64,000 nt of DNA from Moniliella sp. 'wahieum' (taxonomy: Eukaryota). The notes beneath the pieces were generated by a model, which was given only the letters and a program-made list of their open reading frames with translations, searched no databases and was not told the origin of the DNA. The position numbers and the translations under genes are program-made. Positions 37,201 through 50,911 of the stretch are shown here, piece by piece. Location of the stretch: positions 62,001-126,000 of the forward strand of contig RSEE01000067.1 in assembly GCA_003971905.1 (NCBI GenBank), given 5' to 3'. Positions within the stretch are counted from its first letter, which is position 1, and each line of letters starts with the position of its first letter.

Positions 37201-38405
37201 AACGTGTGGCCACGCACGCTCCCTTTTCTTGAGCATGAGCACATCAGACGCTGTCACGGAGCGACGATTAAGTCGCGCCACCTCCACTTCCTCATCGTCG
37301 CTCTCGCTTCTCTGCTTCTTTTCCTATCACTACTCAAGTTTCTATCATTCGCTCTCGTGACCCGGATTCTCGGTCCATCAACAAACTCATAACAAATCGT
37401 CTCTTCTCCGCTCGCGCTCGTCTAAAATCCAAAACGCAATACAGATGATTTCGACTCGCTTTCTCGCCTCGTTTCTTGTCTCGGGTCCGCTTTTTCCCTT
37501 GACGTTCACGCTAGTGTTCCTTGGACTTGCGTTCAGTCATGCACGGGTCTTGTCCCGATGGGCAGGGAAGGTCTCCGCCTGTGAGAATAAGCTACGCCTA
37601 TCTAAACCGACCTGTTCATCTTGCGTGATGAGTTACTTATCGGTAGCGCCACTATATAAACAGTGTGGGGGGTATAGGCGCTATATACATCTCGCTATAG
37701 TTCCGCAGCACGGACAATGCCGGGCGTTGCTGAGCGTCTCGTCGCGGTCGTCTAATGCTGAAGGAGACAACCACACAGTGTCAATAATGGATGGGTGCGC
37801 ATTGATGACATTCTGTGGCCCGTGCTCCTTTAAAAGTGAAAGAGGGGGGGACAGCAGAACAGACGAGAGTGACTTTTCTCGTGCAAGTAGCTTGTAAGAG
37901 AGGCTTATTAGGCTAGAATGGATTGTGGCATGGTTTTGGGGTCACGTGGTCATGAGGTGCCGATTTCCTCGTGGCCGTGTATATGAAGAGTGCACGGCCC
38001 ATGCTGCGATGGGTGAGGCACACTGGGGCTGTGCGGTGTGGTGCTGCAGGTCCCGGGTATGCCCTGTGTGTGATATGAGTGAGTGCGAGGTGCATGCGGT
38101 GCAACAGCAGGGCGCCAGTGTCCCTGGGCTGCACATCCGCCGCGCGTGCACACTGGTGGGGTGCAGGGCGGCGGGCGTGCTGCAGGGGGGGAGCGATGGA
38201 AGAGCGAAGCTGGGCGCCACCAGGCAGGGCGACTGCTGGACTGAAGACGCACTTTGGCAGCGCAAGTGCCGAGTGGAGAGAGCGCTCAAGCTTTCAAGCT
38301 CGCTTGGCGCTCTGAGAGCAGGGGTTGGATCGCTGCTCCCGACAAGCTCTTCCTTCCTCCTCCACCGCTCCCCTCCTGACGACCAACACCAGCAGCAGCC
38401 AAGAT

Positions 38406-41400
38406 ATGGTGCATCTGCCACACCTCGGCGCCCACCACCCCGGCGGGGAAGAAGACGCGCCTCCTGCGACACCGTCGTCTGCGCCCCAAGCATCGCCCCC
38501 TGTGGCTGAGGCCCGTGCGGGTCAGCCTGAGCCCACAGTTGCCGCCCAACCGCCCCCTCGTGCCCCCACTTTGATATGAACACCGCACCCTCCGTCAAGG
38601 CCGCTGAGCAAGCTGAGCCCGCCATCCGCCACAGCTTGATGCAGGATCCCACTGCGGGGGTTGACAAGCCTCTGGTGCGTGCTTTATCCGCTCTTCCGTC
38701 GACACACCTGCTGACCTCCTTTTCTCCCCAGCCCCAGCCAACCAAGGAAGCCGTTCAGGCAGCCAAGCATCCCATCTCGAGCGGCGCCTCCAACCCCTCC
38801 GCGACATACGATGATGCTGGCCGTCTTGTTGCTCCGCCCGGCATGGCAGTTGAGGGTGAGGGTGAGGCTCCTGCGCCCAAGGCACCCACTGCGCCAGTGC
38901 AGGACCCGCAATCCAAAGAACTCGCCACCACTGTCGCTTCTGGTGTCAAAGAAGGTCATATGGCCACCGTGTTCCGTGTGCGCGACCATGTCTCACACAG
39001 TCATGTGGGCTACTTCCTTTCCCATGGTTCCGTCATCCTTGGTGCCTCAGCCTTTGTTGGTTCTTCACCAAAATTCGGCTGGGCTTTGCGGGGATGATCA
39101 TTGTAGGCATGTTCGTAATCGCCGCGTACAACCGGGCGTTAGAGCGCGTTGCTATGCGCTACAAAGATGATCAGGAGCGTATCATCATCCGCAAGAAGGC
39201 CCTGGAGGATGTGTCCGACGGAGACGGAGAGAAGATGATGTGGCTCAACAACTTCCTCGCTCGATTCTGGCCCATCTATATGCCCGCCCTCTCAGCCCAG
39301 GTTATCCAGATTGCTGATGGCATCCTTGTTCAGAACTGCCCTTCATTTTTAGATGCTATCCGTTTGACCCAGTTCACCCTTGGCTCCAAGGCGCCTCAGA
39401 TCACCTATGTCCGCACCTTCCCGCATACTGACGAGGACGTGATCATGACCGAATGGAAGTTCAACTACACCCCCGAGGATACCAGTGACATGACGGTTAA
39501 GCAGGCCAAGGAAAAAATCGATCCGAAAGTTGAGTTGAGCGTGCGCATTGGCGCCGGATTGGCTGGCGCCACGTTCCCGATCCTTGTACAGAACATGGAA
39601 TTCTCCGGAACCCTCCGTGTCCAATTCAAGCTCATCTCCAACTTCCCCAATGTTCAGACGGTTGGCATCAGCTTTATGGAGCCCCCGAAGTTTGACTATG
39701 TGCTCAAGCCCGTTGGGGGTAGCAAGCTTGGATTCGACGTTGGCAATATTCCCGGCCTCAATGAGTTTATTCAAGGGCAAGTGCACGCCAACCTGGGGCC
39801 CATGATGTACTCCCCCAATGTATTTACGGTCAATCTGGAGGAACTGTTGGCTGGAAACCTGATCGATACCGCAACCGGTATCCTGCAAGTCTCAGTTTAT
39901 TCTGCCAAAGAGGTGCAAGGGGTCAAGTTTGGCGGTGGCACCCCCGACCCCTACGTCTCCCTCACGCTGAACGACAAATCCGATGTACTCGAAAAGACCT
40001 CCGTCAAAGAGAGCACGAGCAACCCTAACTGGCGGGAGACGAAGTTTGTGCTCATCAACTCTCTCGCTGGTCTGCTCACGCTCAACACATTGGATTACAA
40101 TGATGTGCGCGCTGACAACCCGTTGGGGACCACGACGTTTGATCTGGCCGAATTGGCCCAGAACCCGGAGCAAGATGGACTGTCGGACCCAATCATCCTC
40201 AATGGCAAGCCACGGGGGACGCTGCAGTATGGTATCTCGTATTTCCCTCTGCTCAAGCCTGAGAAGAGCCCTGACGGAACGGAGCTTCCGCTTCCTGAGA
40301 CACGAACGGGCGTATTGGCGCTGACGGTGCACTCGGCCAAGAACTTGGGAAGCAAGCAGCTTAACTCCAAGGCGCGTGTCCTGCTCAATGGAAAGCAAGC
40401 CAATGTTTCGAACGTGTTCAAAAAGTCCGACGCGCCCAACTGGGAATTCCAACTGCCGCTCCTGGTAACTCAACGTGAGAAGGCCGTGGTAGGACTGGAG
40501 ATTGTGGACGACAATGAGAAGCCTGTTGGCCATTTGGCAGTCAAACTGGACGATATGTTGGAAGCCGCGGCACATGGACAAGATTGGTTCCCGCTTCAGG
40601 TCCCAGGGCATGTTGGATCGTCGCGAGCACGTGTGTCCATTTCAGCCGCTTGGAAGCCGGTCCGCATGGCGGGTGGAATCAACTCTGGCTCGGGCTACTC
40701 TCCGTCGATCGGATCGTTGCGGGTCACGCTTGGCCAAGGCACTGGGCTGTCCGGTAAGCCGCTGCCGTTTGTTGAGCTGCGCAACAAGGGTCTGGTGTCC
40801 GATCGAAGTAAGGTTCTTGTTGGGACGGCTGCGCCTGATTTCAAGGGACAGGCACTGTATGCGCCGGTCCATTCGCTCAAAGAACGGGTGATGGTGGAAC
40901 TGATGGATTATCAGCCGAACGGTAAGCATCGATTCCTGGGCAAGTACGAGCTGGAGGTGAGCAAGTTTGCGGGCGAGGAGCACGAGGACGCGCACAAATC
41001 GCAAACCGACCCTTGGCCGTACCGCTCGACAGGAAAGAAGGCGATCAAAGCACTGAGCCTTGGTGGCAAGACAGTGGGTACACTCCAACTTGAAGTGGAG
41101 TTCCTGCCCGCGGTGCACTTGCGCGACGCAGTGTTTGACAATGGCGAGCCTGAGGCAGTGGAGAAGGCCAAAGCATTGGAACAGGGAGTGTCCAAGGAGA
41201 GCTTGCCTGCTGTCCCGACCGAAGCCAAAGAGTCGACCGATGACAAGACGCAGGTGCCCGCTGAAGAGAAACCGGGTGGAGTCATCCTCTCGCCCGAGCA
41301 GCTGGTCAAACAGCCCCGTGGGGTGCTGGCGATCAATCTGCTCGAGGGCAAATTGAGTGTGAAGCAGGCTCGGATAGAGGTGCTGGTCGACAATGGCTAC

Positions 41401-42717
41401 TGGCCCACCTACTTAAGCGGTCCTTCCCGCCAAGCGGTCAACACGTTCGACGAGGTGTGGAGGCGGTAATTAAGGATTTGGACACGAGCGAGATTATACT
41501 TCGTGTACGCACACGGGCGACGGCAACGACACCAACCTCACGGACGTTGTAGCATTCGGCACTTTCCCAGCGCGCACTTTCCTTGAGGCCACGCTGACCG
41601 GCAAGAACACGTTTACATTGGCCGCCAACCCATCCTTCAACCCTCAGACCATCCCCGGCTTTGGTGATTTGCCGGATTCGGCGCAGGAGGCTGCCAGGAA
41701 CGTCGCGGCCAATGCTACGAAGAACGTCCCGGGGCTCAATATGGTTTCCTCAGGCGTCAGCGGTTTGGGCAAGTTGGGATCGGGTGCGATTGGCGCAGTA
41801 GGTAAAGGAGTGTCGGGGGTCACGGCGGGGGTGACAGGCGCTGGGCAATGTGACGGGCCTGCAGATCCCACTCGGTCAGGCCGGAGGACCGTGCACAATC
41901 GAGGCGCAGAGCCGGTGGATGCCAATTCCCTTTGTTCCAGCAGCGGGGGAGAGTGTGCTGAACCAGGGGGAGCTAACAATCGAGGTGTTGCATGCGGTGA
42001 ACCTACGTGGGGCCGATCGCGGAGGCAAGTCCTCCGACCCCTTTGCCGCACTTGTGATTGGCGGTGAGCGGGTGGCGCAGACCAAGACAGTGAAGAAGAC
42101 ATTGAACCCGACTTGGAACGAAACCTTACCCACAGTCCCCGTCCTTGATCGGTCCTCGCCTGGTTTGCGTATTGAGGTGCGCGACTGGGACCAGCTTGGC
42201 GCTGGCGACGCGCTGGGCGGTTTTGACCTGCCCGATTTGACGGCGCTGGAGTCGGACCAACCGCGTGAGGTCACTTTCCCTGTGGTCGGGGAGCATGCCG
42301 GAGTTGACAACCCGACCTGCACGCTACGCCTCACGTTCCACCCGCAATGGGTCCTCAATGGCCGTGCAGGGATCACGGCGACCGCGTCAGGGATTGCCGC
42401 TGGGCTGGGGAACATGGGCGCAGGGGCTGAAGCGGTAGGTGGCGCAATGAGTGGCGCGGTGGGTGGTGTGGTGGATGGAGTGGGCGCAGTGGGGGCGCAG
42501 TGGGCGGCGCAGTGGGCGGCGCAGTGGGCGGCGCAGTGGGCGGTCTAGGCAAGAACATCATATCCGCACCGAAGAATTTGCTTGGTCACCACAGGCAGGA
42601 GTCAGGAGCGAACGCGTCTTCCATGGCTAAGAGGCCGAAGGGGATGATTCGCAGTCCATCTTTGGCAAGAAGAGCCGCAAGCTTGGTTCGCTTTTCCATA
42701 AGAAGAACGAAAAGTGA
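38406..42717 (+). CDS. Tricalbin / extended synaptotagmin (membrane hairpin, SMP domain, multiple C2 domains); frameshifted near both ends
   Basis: E.M.WLNNFLARFWPIYMP, FTLGSKAP and IPGLNEFI (SMP); GILQVSVYSAK..TPDPYV..NPNW.E and LRGADRGGKSSDPF..KKTLNPTWNE..VRDWDQLG (C2); basic C-terminus FGKKSRKLGSLFHKK. Confidence 0.93.
42489..42545 (+). repeat. 12-bp tandem repeat GTGGGCGGCGCA (about 4.5 copies) encoding VGGA repeats in the tricalbin tail
   Basis: Seen directly in the sequence. Confidence 0.85.
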
Positions 42718-44553
42718 GAGTTCGCGGCTAGAGGCCAAGAGCTCGCAGTTACTGAGTGGCGCTCTACATTCCCCCCTTTTTGGACCTTTCTTCTCTCATC
42801 GCTCGTGGGGATGGACGATGGAAGCGATTGCTTTCTTTTTTTTTTTTTAGAATGGGCAGGCAGCCACACGTTGCGGTGGTTTTCTCTGTGGCTGTAATCC
42901 ATTTCTTTTCCTTTTGACCAATGGAGGCTGGTTGGTTGGATATAATGTGGGTAAAAGAACACAGAAGCAAAACAGATGTCAGCGTATATAATAATAGAGC
43001 GAATGCTTGTCGAAGGCAAAAAACGTCCAGGCTCTATCTTTGTGTATATATCTGTCAAGAGGCTGTGTGTACTGAACTGATAAGTAGCCCATGAACTTTG
43101 GTTGGAGGACGTTCAACGGTTGAAAACGTTTTGAACGCTCAACATGTGTGAGTGGTACTAAGATCAACGTTGACGTAGAACTTGTGGTGCCCCAGAGCTT
43201 TGGCGAGGCAAGAGAGCTGGGCGCAGACAGCGGAGGGCATTATTGGCAGTGCTATAGCCCCATCTTTCTCTCACACATTCTATTTTCTACATCCACACGT
43301 GAATATATATATTTGTGTTTCGGATCTTCTCGATAACATGTGACAGAGTTCACATCCATGCATCGCCAAACCCTTTTCAGTAATAGTCTTTAGCCTTCAA
43401 GCTTCAGAAACGATCACACGCTCCCCGCTATAAAGTTAGGACCATTAGCTGGGGTTGGACGAGTGGTGCATAAGCGAGTGGTGCTTTCAAGGTCGCGGCA
43501 GGTGGCGCCGGTGGGACGAGTATACTAACGACAGTGGATACTAAATGTTTCGGGGTCACTGGCAGGTATAATCATAATACGTCACAATCAGCAGCGAGCG
43601 TCACAATCAGTGAGGCGAAGTAGGATAACAACAGTCGAGATTATAGCTTATCGTTTTGGCAGAAACACCCACACACATCATCTGCGTCATCTACCTTAGG
43701 GGGCGGTCCAGTTCCTGCGTTGGAATACTAAGCGGGCCCTGAAAGGAAAGGCAAACGCAAGGAGAAGAAGCTTGCGTGGTGAACATCACTTTTAGATATA
43801 ACATTTTGCGGTGTTACATATATACACCCCGGGCCGGCCACAGGAGGGCACAAGCTCTCGATTATGGGCGGGGACATATATGTTGTTTGCATGTGAGGGT
43901 GGGAGGGTAGAAACCGGCCCGAGTGGATACTAGTTGGGATGAAACGCACGTGAGGCCTCAGCCTGAGGCCTATGAATATGAGCATCCTGAGCATGCTGAG
44001 GGCTGTGGGGACTAAATGGGGAGAGAACTGAGAACAATTGTGGGCACTGTCATCGAAGAGTATACTACTGAGACTGAGTCCAGACCCTCGACAGTCCCAG
44101 TTGCGTCCCTGGTCTATCTCTCTACTCGCACCGCCAGAATGCAAGGAGATGCACAGATGTGGCCAAAATTAAGGACGTATCCATAGCCGAGCTGCACGCA
44201 CCCCACACACCAACCTTCTTCCGAGCCGCTTGCGCCCCCACCCGCTTTATTAGGCCTTGTGGGGCTCCTCGGCACCGTCGGGCAATAGCACCATAGAGTT
44301 GCGGCTCCAGCCCCTCCCGCCGCCCGTTGTCTCCCACCAACGCGGCCATCTGCCCCCTTGCGTTGGACGAGGAGTCACAAAAGCGGCAATCGCCGTTTAC
44401 GGTTTGGCGCGCTCCGGCCACCGAAACCCACACAACTATACTTCCCTATTTAATCTCATCACCCACGCAACCATCGCCCAGTTCTATCCACACCTACCCC
44501 CCACCACTCCGTCTCCTGCTCAGTCTTTCCCTGCCCGCCCCCATCCCCTGACC

Positions 44554-45851
44554 ATGGACAAGTTGAATGCCATCGTCGAGCGCGACGATGTCGATCCCAG
44601 CACGCCCATCAGTCTGCGTGCCCTCGTTGCCCCTAAAGAGGCCGGCATCATCATTGGCGAGGGGAACCCATGTCGCCACCTGCGCGAGAGCACGGGTGTC
44701 AAAGCCGGGGTTAGCAAGGTGGTACCCAGGGTGCACCGGGTTCTTACCCTTTCTGGCACGCTCGAGGGCGTGGCTCATGCGTTTCTTATCATTGCCCAGT
44801 CCTTCATTGACAGTGGGGAAGAGGTTCCTACCCACCGGCGTCACCAGCCTCTCTAGGCGCCGATCAAGAAAAGGAAGAGGACGAGACTGCCTCCGCTACT
44901 ACCCTCCCCTCCGACAAAGAGAGTACCACCACCATCCGCCTCCTCCTTTCGCATACGCTTATGGGAGCGGTGATTGGAAAACGGGGTACCACAATCAAAG
45001 CCATCCAAGAAGCAAGTGGGGTGCGCATGGTGGCAAGCAAGGAGATGATGCCCAACTCGACCGAGCGTGTGGTGGACATCACTGGAACCCCATCGGGGAT
45101 TCACCGTGCTGTGAGCGAAGTGGGGAAGTGCGTGGCGCTTGACCCCGAGCGTCAGGGCACTGTGCTTTACGAACCCGACCCAGCTGATGGGCCAGCACCA
45201 CTTACCATTGGCCTTCCCTTCTCTGCTTCTTCTCCCACTTTCCGGGTGCGGGGAATGCAGAGAGACTACCCTTTCCATCCCATGCCAATGCTCAATATCG
45301 ACCCCTATGCGGGCCAGCGTTACACTGCTCACATTGGTTCCCTCCAGCATCAGCGTGTCTTTTCCCCCACCGGCATCCCGCCGGCAGCGCCACCTCCCCT
45401 GCAGCGATTGCTACGGCCGCGTCCCAAGGGGCAGCGGTTGCCCCGGGCGGCGGCTTTGTGGCTGGTGGTATCACCGGCGTTGGCCCGGCCACGGCACCCG
45501 CCGTCGTGGATGCCGCCAACATGCGGACCCAAAACATCTCCATTCCGGCCGACATGGTGGGCTGCATCATTGGCAAAGCTGGGTCCAAGATCACTGAAAT
45601 TCGACGCCTAAGCGGGTCGCGCATTTCCATTGCCAAGGTCTCCCACGATGCCAGCGGAGAACGGCTCTTCACCATCCAGGGCACACCTGCGTCCAACGAA
45701 AAAGCATTGTACCTGCTATATAACCAGGTATGTGTTGTCCCCTTCCTACCCCCGCCTCTCTCATGGCGAGTTTGAAAGCATCGCTGACCCGCACACCAGT
45801 TGGAGACAGAGAAGGAACGGCGACAAGCTGCAGGCGCCACCCCCACAATAG
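44554..45851 (+). CDS. Triple KH-domain RNA-binding protein (Rnc1/Pbp2/hnRNP-K-like); intron about 45728-45799; frameshifted
   Basis: ISLRALVAPKEAGIIIG; IRLLLSHTLMGAVIGKRG.TIKAIQEASG.RM.ASKEMMPNSTER; QNISIPADMVGCIIGKAGSKITEIRRLSGSRISI. Confidence 0.92.
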
Positions 45852-46341
45852 AGGATCAGGGTGAGGCAACTTCCTCTGGTTGAACTAGAGGATTCAGATT
45901 AGTGTACATTATAGTACGTTACGATTTGAGACAACCTCCACATACCCTTTCCCCTCAACGCGCCAAGACCCAAACCATCCCCTCTCCGTATATAAACTAC
46001 CCCCCTGCCTCATCTGTCTCCCTCCTGCCTGGTCTGCGCGGCCTACTTTTCATCTTATCTGTCACACCGTTCGTCAAACGCCTAGCTCCGATTCTCCTCT
46101 GGACCCCCTGTGCTCTCTCACATGTATCTACTCTCACGTTATCTACTCATTTGGTAAAGCGGTGGCCTCTCCTTCCGAGAACCTAAACACCATACACAGC
46201 GTAGGATGGCATCAATCCTCTTGTGCATGTTTGTGTATACCGGGACAGAGTGTTCACTGAGCAAAGATAATGTGGTGGAGAAGTAGACAGAAAGAATGGG
46301 GGGGGTGCTGAGCGAAGGGGAAAAGACCAGCAACCGCACGA

Positions 46342-48374
46342 CTAACATGGCCCCATCAAGCGATTCTTGGGCCATTTGTACTTCTTCGGGAAAACAGTGT
46401 AATTCGGGTTAGTGTAGACGTCGAGGTGATCATTGATGTACTTGGATGTGGGATGGTCGGGTGGGTCGCAGGAGACACGCGTTTGACCCGGCAATTGGTA
46501 GACCCGTACCGAATCGACTCGCATAACGGCAGGAAAGGTGAGTTCGTCCAGAAAATGGCACTGAATCCGGAACTGATTGCTGCACGGTGAGGAGAGAGCG
46601 GTTAGTTGCGTAACGTCCGGGATGACTGTGATGGGTTTGTGTGGATAGAGCGGGACATACCAAGATTCAAGATAATGCTCATCGGTTCCCGGGGAATCAG
46701 CCGCTGGGAAACCATACTGGTGGGGTTGGGGCCCACGGTGGAGGCTGGCGCAGTCCAAGTGGGCTTGCCGTCGACCCACCAGGTTACAAACCAGCCGATC
46801 CGTCTCCGTCAAAATCGGGCGCATATTCAAACCCGAACGTGGTGTACTCAGCATTGGGCGCGTTTACATAGGCCTTGTCCGGGATGTGGGTGACGCCGGA
46901 GACAGCTTCCTGTGAGAGATAAGGGAGGATAGGGATTAGCAGCTAAAAAGGTATAAAGAGAAACCAGGGGAGGGGAAAGAAACCACACGTACTTGGAACA
47001 CACTCCCCGTATACGAGTTGACAACTGTACCTGGGTAAAGCGTGGCTGTTGAATTGTTCCACCAGTAGTCCGCGTCAAAGGGAGCCGTCTGCAACCGAAT
47101 TCAACAGTAAAACGTCAGCACACTTCTTCTTCTTATTCCTTTCTCTCCAAAGCCTTCCTTTTACCCCTCAAAGCTAGCGGAACGCACCTGCAAACTTTGG
47201 GAAGCATGACCACCAGCGGCGTTGTTTTGTGCTTCGAGAATGTCAATCTCGGGTGCAGCCCGTCCAATGCCCACATTGGGCCCCGGGTGATCCTCGCCAG
47301 GGCAGGTACAGGAACTGGCTCGCTGACCAGGGAGAAAGGAGAGCTTGTGGTCGTATTGGTAAGACCATTGAGCATTTGCATTCAGTGCAGCAGCCGGTTC
47401 GGTCTGGCTTGGATTGGTCTGGTTACGGAGGGTCCCCCAATCACAAGCTTGGTACGAGTAGCTGAGAGGTGTCGATCCATTCATGTCAATTTTTATGTTT
47501 TCAAAAGAAAAGAGCAAAGGAGGAGGTGAGAGCGCTCGAAATACATACGGCCACATGCCCTCAGTTGAGCCGAGGTAGCCTGGGCGTGCAAGATTGCCCA
47601 TCGTCCATAATCCAGGCCAGTAGCCACGTTGCTTGGCCGTTCCGGGGAGAAGAGCAGCCATCTCAATGTATCCGCCCTGGAAACAAAACTTGTTCCAGCT
47701 TTGAAGCATGCCCGATTGAAAGTTGAGATTGTGGGTGTTCTTTCGGTCATGGTGATCTGCAGCGCTCCATTCGTGGTGTTAATGGCCTCGGGTGAGTACC
47801 ACTCAAAATCGACGGTGGCTCCATAGTAAATATCCACTGCTTCCCAGAAGGGATCGTCGCCCGGCCAGAAAGTGCGACCCTCTTTTTCAAATTCGTCGGA
47901 AAAGACCAGCTCGTAATCCAAATTGTGGGCACTTGAATGCCATTTGCGAGCCGAGGCCGGAGTGTCGGGATCGATCAATTGGGGTAATGACGGAAGCACA
48001 GGAACCTGTCCAGTCGAGTTCAGGTTGGTCGGGATCGAATTGTGGGGGAAAATGTTGGAGCAAAGGATAGCCCGCAAAGAGCATCAAGATTGCCATAAGA
48101 ACCAGGATCATGGTAAAGAGATTGAGTAGCCCACGCAGGTCAATCCCGCCCCATCGCCCATCCTTCCCTCCCTGCTCCACAGAGTGCAAATAATCGTCGT
48201 CGGGGTCGGCGCCCTCTGCGCTGGTCCAAATCATCAGGGTCTGTTCCGGGGCATTCGAACCCGTCGCCACGGGCACACTGCTGGGAAGAAGATGGACCTG
48301 GGAGGATAGGACAGGAGACGAGGGCGTAGGACTGCGGACATGGGAGAGTACTCCCTCGGGGATAGAAGGGCCAT
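46342..48374 (-). CDS. KRE6: Beta-1,6-glucan synthesis-associated GH16 protein (Kre6/Skn1 family); several introns; frameshifted
   Basis: Type-II TM ([24 protein letters not shown]), LIDPDTP, LVFSDEF...[57 protein letters not shown]. Confidence 0.92.
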
Positions 48375-50390
48375 GACCCTATTTGAACAGTATACGCAAA
48401 GGATGGTGGGGAGACAAGAGAGGTCCACGCGGCCAGAGACCTGAAAAGGGGATCGTCTGGGTTGGATCCCAAGCTTGCTTGCGGCTGCCCAATCTCAATA
48501 CGTGGCCGTTATTAAACACCTGTTATGCAGCTCAAGAAACTTCCTTTTTGGTGTGACATACGACTTGTGACCCTCGCTCCAATGACGATGGGATGAGCAT
48601 CCGGGATGCCAAGGACAGACGTGCATATAGGGCGGGACACAGACGTTGTGCAGTGAGCATCATATCTGCGGCGAGGCGTGCACTCTTTGGGTTAAAACAG
48701 ATCGTGAGACGTGGTTAAAGACGTTTTGCGCGAATAAAAGGAACTCTATTTCATTCTCGAAATGTCTTCAACCGTCACACGCTTCACATCAGTCTTGACT
48801 TGACGCTTCAGACTGGAATCCCGAGGGCTTCAGGCCCTCAAGCCTCATGCATCATGAGCCATGGTTAGCAAAACGGAAGTAGCTTGGCTACCGACTATCC
48901 TGCAGAGATTTTTTCTCTTGCGTAACGCAGACAACGCAGCGATGAAGAGAAACAGCGGGAGTCTAAGGAGGGCCACAGACGCAAGGGCTGATGAGAAATT
49001 AAGATGGAGACTACAGTCTTTCGAAGGCATAAGGGAGCCTAAAACGGCGGGCTCTGTAGAATTGCTATACGGGTGCTTTCCATAATGCCATGGTCTATAT
49101 TGGCAACACGCGGCGTTCCTACTATGGCCTTCATGCGTCAGGTGAGGCCTCAGGGAGAACGAGGGTGTCACCAACACGTGGAGGAGACGTGCACAAGAAG
49201 TGCCCGGCTTGGCTTGCTTGGCTTAGCTTGGCCTGCCAGAGGAGGGCAGAGGGGCAGTGTGCTGTGGTGGTGCTCATTGGTGTCGGACAGGTGTGCCTAG
49301 GTAAGTCAGGCAGCGTGCCATAGATGTCGTAAGGGAAGGGTCCAGGAACCAAATGAATGTACCATGCATGGACCAAAAGGTAACCAGGACATGCCTGGCA
49401 CCCCCCAGGCTACGCTGGTCACCGGTCACCGGCCAAACTCATGTGTCACGCGTCAACCCAATAGAAGGGCCAAGAAAACATAAAGCTCCGCTGTCTTACA
49501 GGTTAGTGTTCCTCGGCCAGATCATAGTATTGATCTCTCCGTGGGACCAAGGGTCTTGAGATTCTTTTTCAATTTTCACAATGCACACTCCCTGTCACCG
49601 TCACTAGGGCCTACCACACCGTCGGTCTCTCGGATCAGAATTGCCTTTCGGTGGGGGGTATAGGATCTGGGAGCGGGGGGCGCCTGGGCGCGCAATACGT
49701 CACGCGTCAGCACGGCGAACTCCGATACAACTTCGGGTGGTTCATGCATTGATGCTGGATGCGCTGATGCAGCACTGTGATGCGCGACAAGCGGGTGGTC
49801 AGGAGGGAGAAGTGCGTCATACATCTTGCAGATGTCCTGCCCACCACACTATGTTCATCGGTCCATCCGTCTACCTCTCCCCTCTCGGTCCTCGCGCTCC
49901 ATCCGTCGAAGACTTGGAAATGAAAATATGGCGGGAGCTGGAGGGTCTTGGCCTGCTGGTGGTGGTGACGTCGTCTTCGGCCTCTTGCTTGTGGGCGAGC
50001 GCACTGACAGCAAACGCCGGATGTGAGCGAGCTTGAATCATGACAGGCGAAACGTCCCGTATTCTAATAATGTTACTGCTCATTCAGTAGCACTAGTACA
50101 CAGCTCTACTCGGTTGAGCAGTAAAGACCACCTACCGCATCGTTTGCCATGTGATTTTTAACCAACTCCTTCTTTATACCCTCTGCTACCAGTTCTCCCC
50201 ATCTCAATAATGTTGATCAAGTTGTCTGTGAGAGGGTCATTCGTGCCCCTTAAGCCATATATATACTGGCTTAAACGCCTTCCGAGATGACCACACACAC
50301 GCTAGTCTCCGAGGGATTAATTGCAATGTGAAAACACACCATCGGTCTCTCTCTTTCTCATCATGACCAACTTCTCTCATTGTGCATTGT

Positions 50391-50911
50391 CATGGGGGAA
50401 GTCCCGAGGTGGGACCCCCTCCTGTAGTTTAGGCATACAAACCTTGGAACGGCCAATCGGAGCCACGTACGGTATGTCCGGCCTCATATCGTAGTCGAAC
50501 CGAGCGGGCGCAGAGGCGAGGGAGAGATCCTCTAGGTTGGGTGGCTGCCTGTGCGTGCCAAAAGGCCGCAGCTCAGACTCTCTGAGGAAGGAACAGCGTA
50601 TGTAATTCGCCAGACCAGTTGAAGGGCCCGTCTTGGAGCTCCGGGGTAACGTGGGTTACCTGAGACGTTGCCACACTCGACGCAAAGTGTAATAGGCGGA
50701 ATCAGACGGAGACCTAATGAAGAGCACAAACGTTATTGAGACTGTGTAACATAACCGTACGAGGGCCACAGTTAGCAAGCCTTAGACAGGGCTGTCCATA
50801 TACAGGAGGAACCAGGCCTCAAGTGCCTCATGATGCATGTCAGCTATAAAATAGAACATGGGGAACTTTCCAGAGAGAATAGCCCGTGCTCCCAGAGAGG
50901 CGCTGACGCTG
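50391..50911 (-). repeat. Dispersed diverged repeat or gene relic, copy 2 (uninterrupted; weak similarity may extend to about 51205)
   Basis: Reverse complement aligns with 7338-7515, 7640-7678 and 8504-8863, and carries the empty sites of both insertions. Confidence 0.85.

Noticed and set aside
43449..43490. tRNA 5'-half-like stretch (TGGACGAGTGGTGCATAAGCG)
   Set aside because: Resembles an A-box/D-loop, but no anticodon stem or T-arm follows, and it cannot pair with the acceptor strand at 60272-60278
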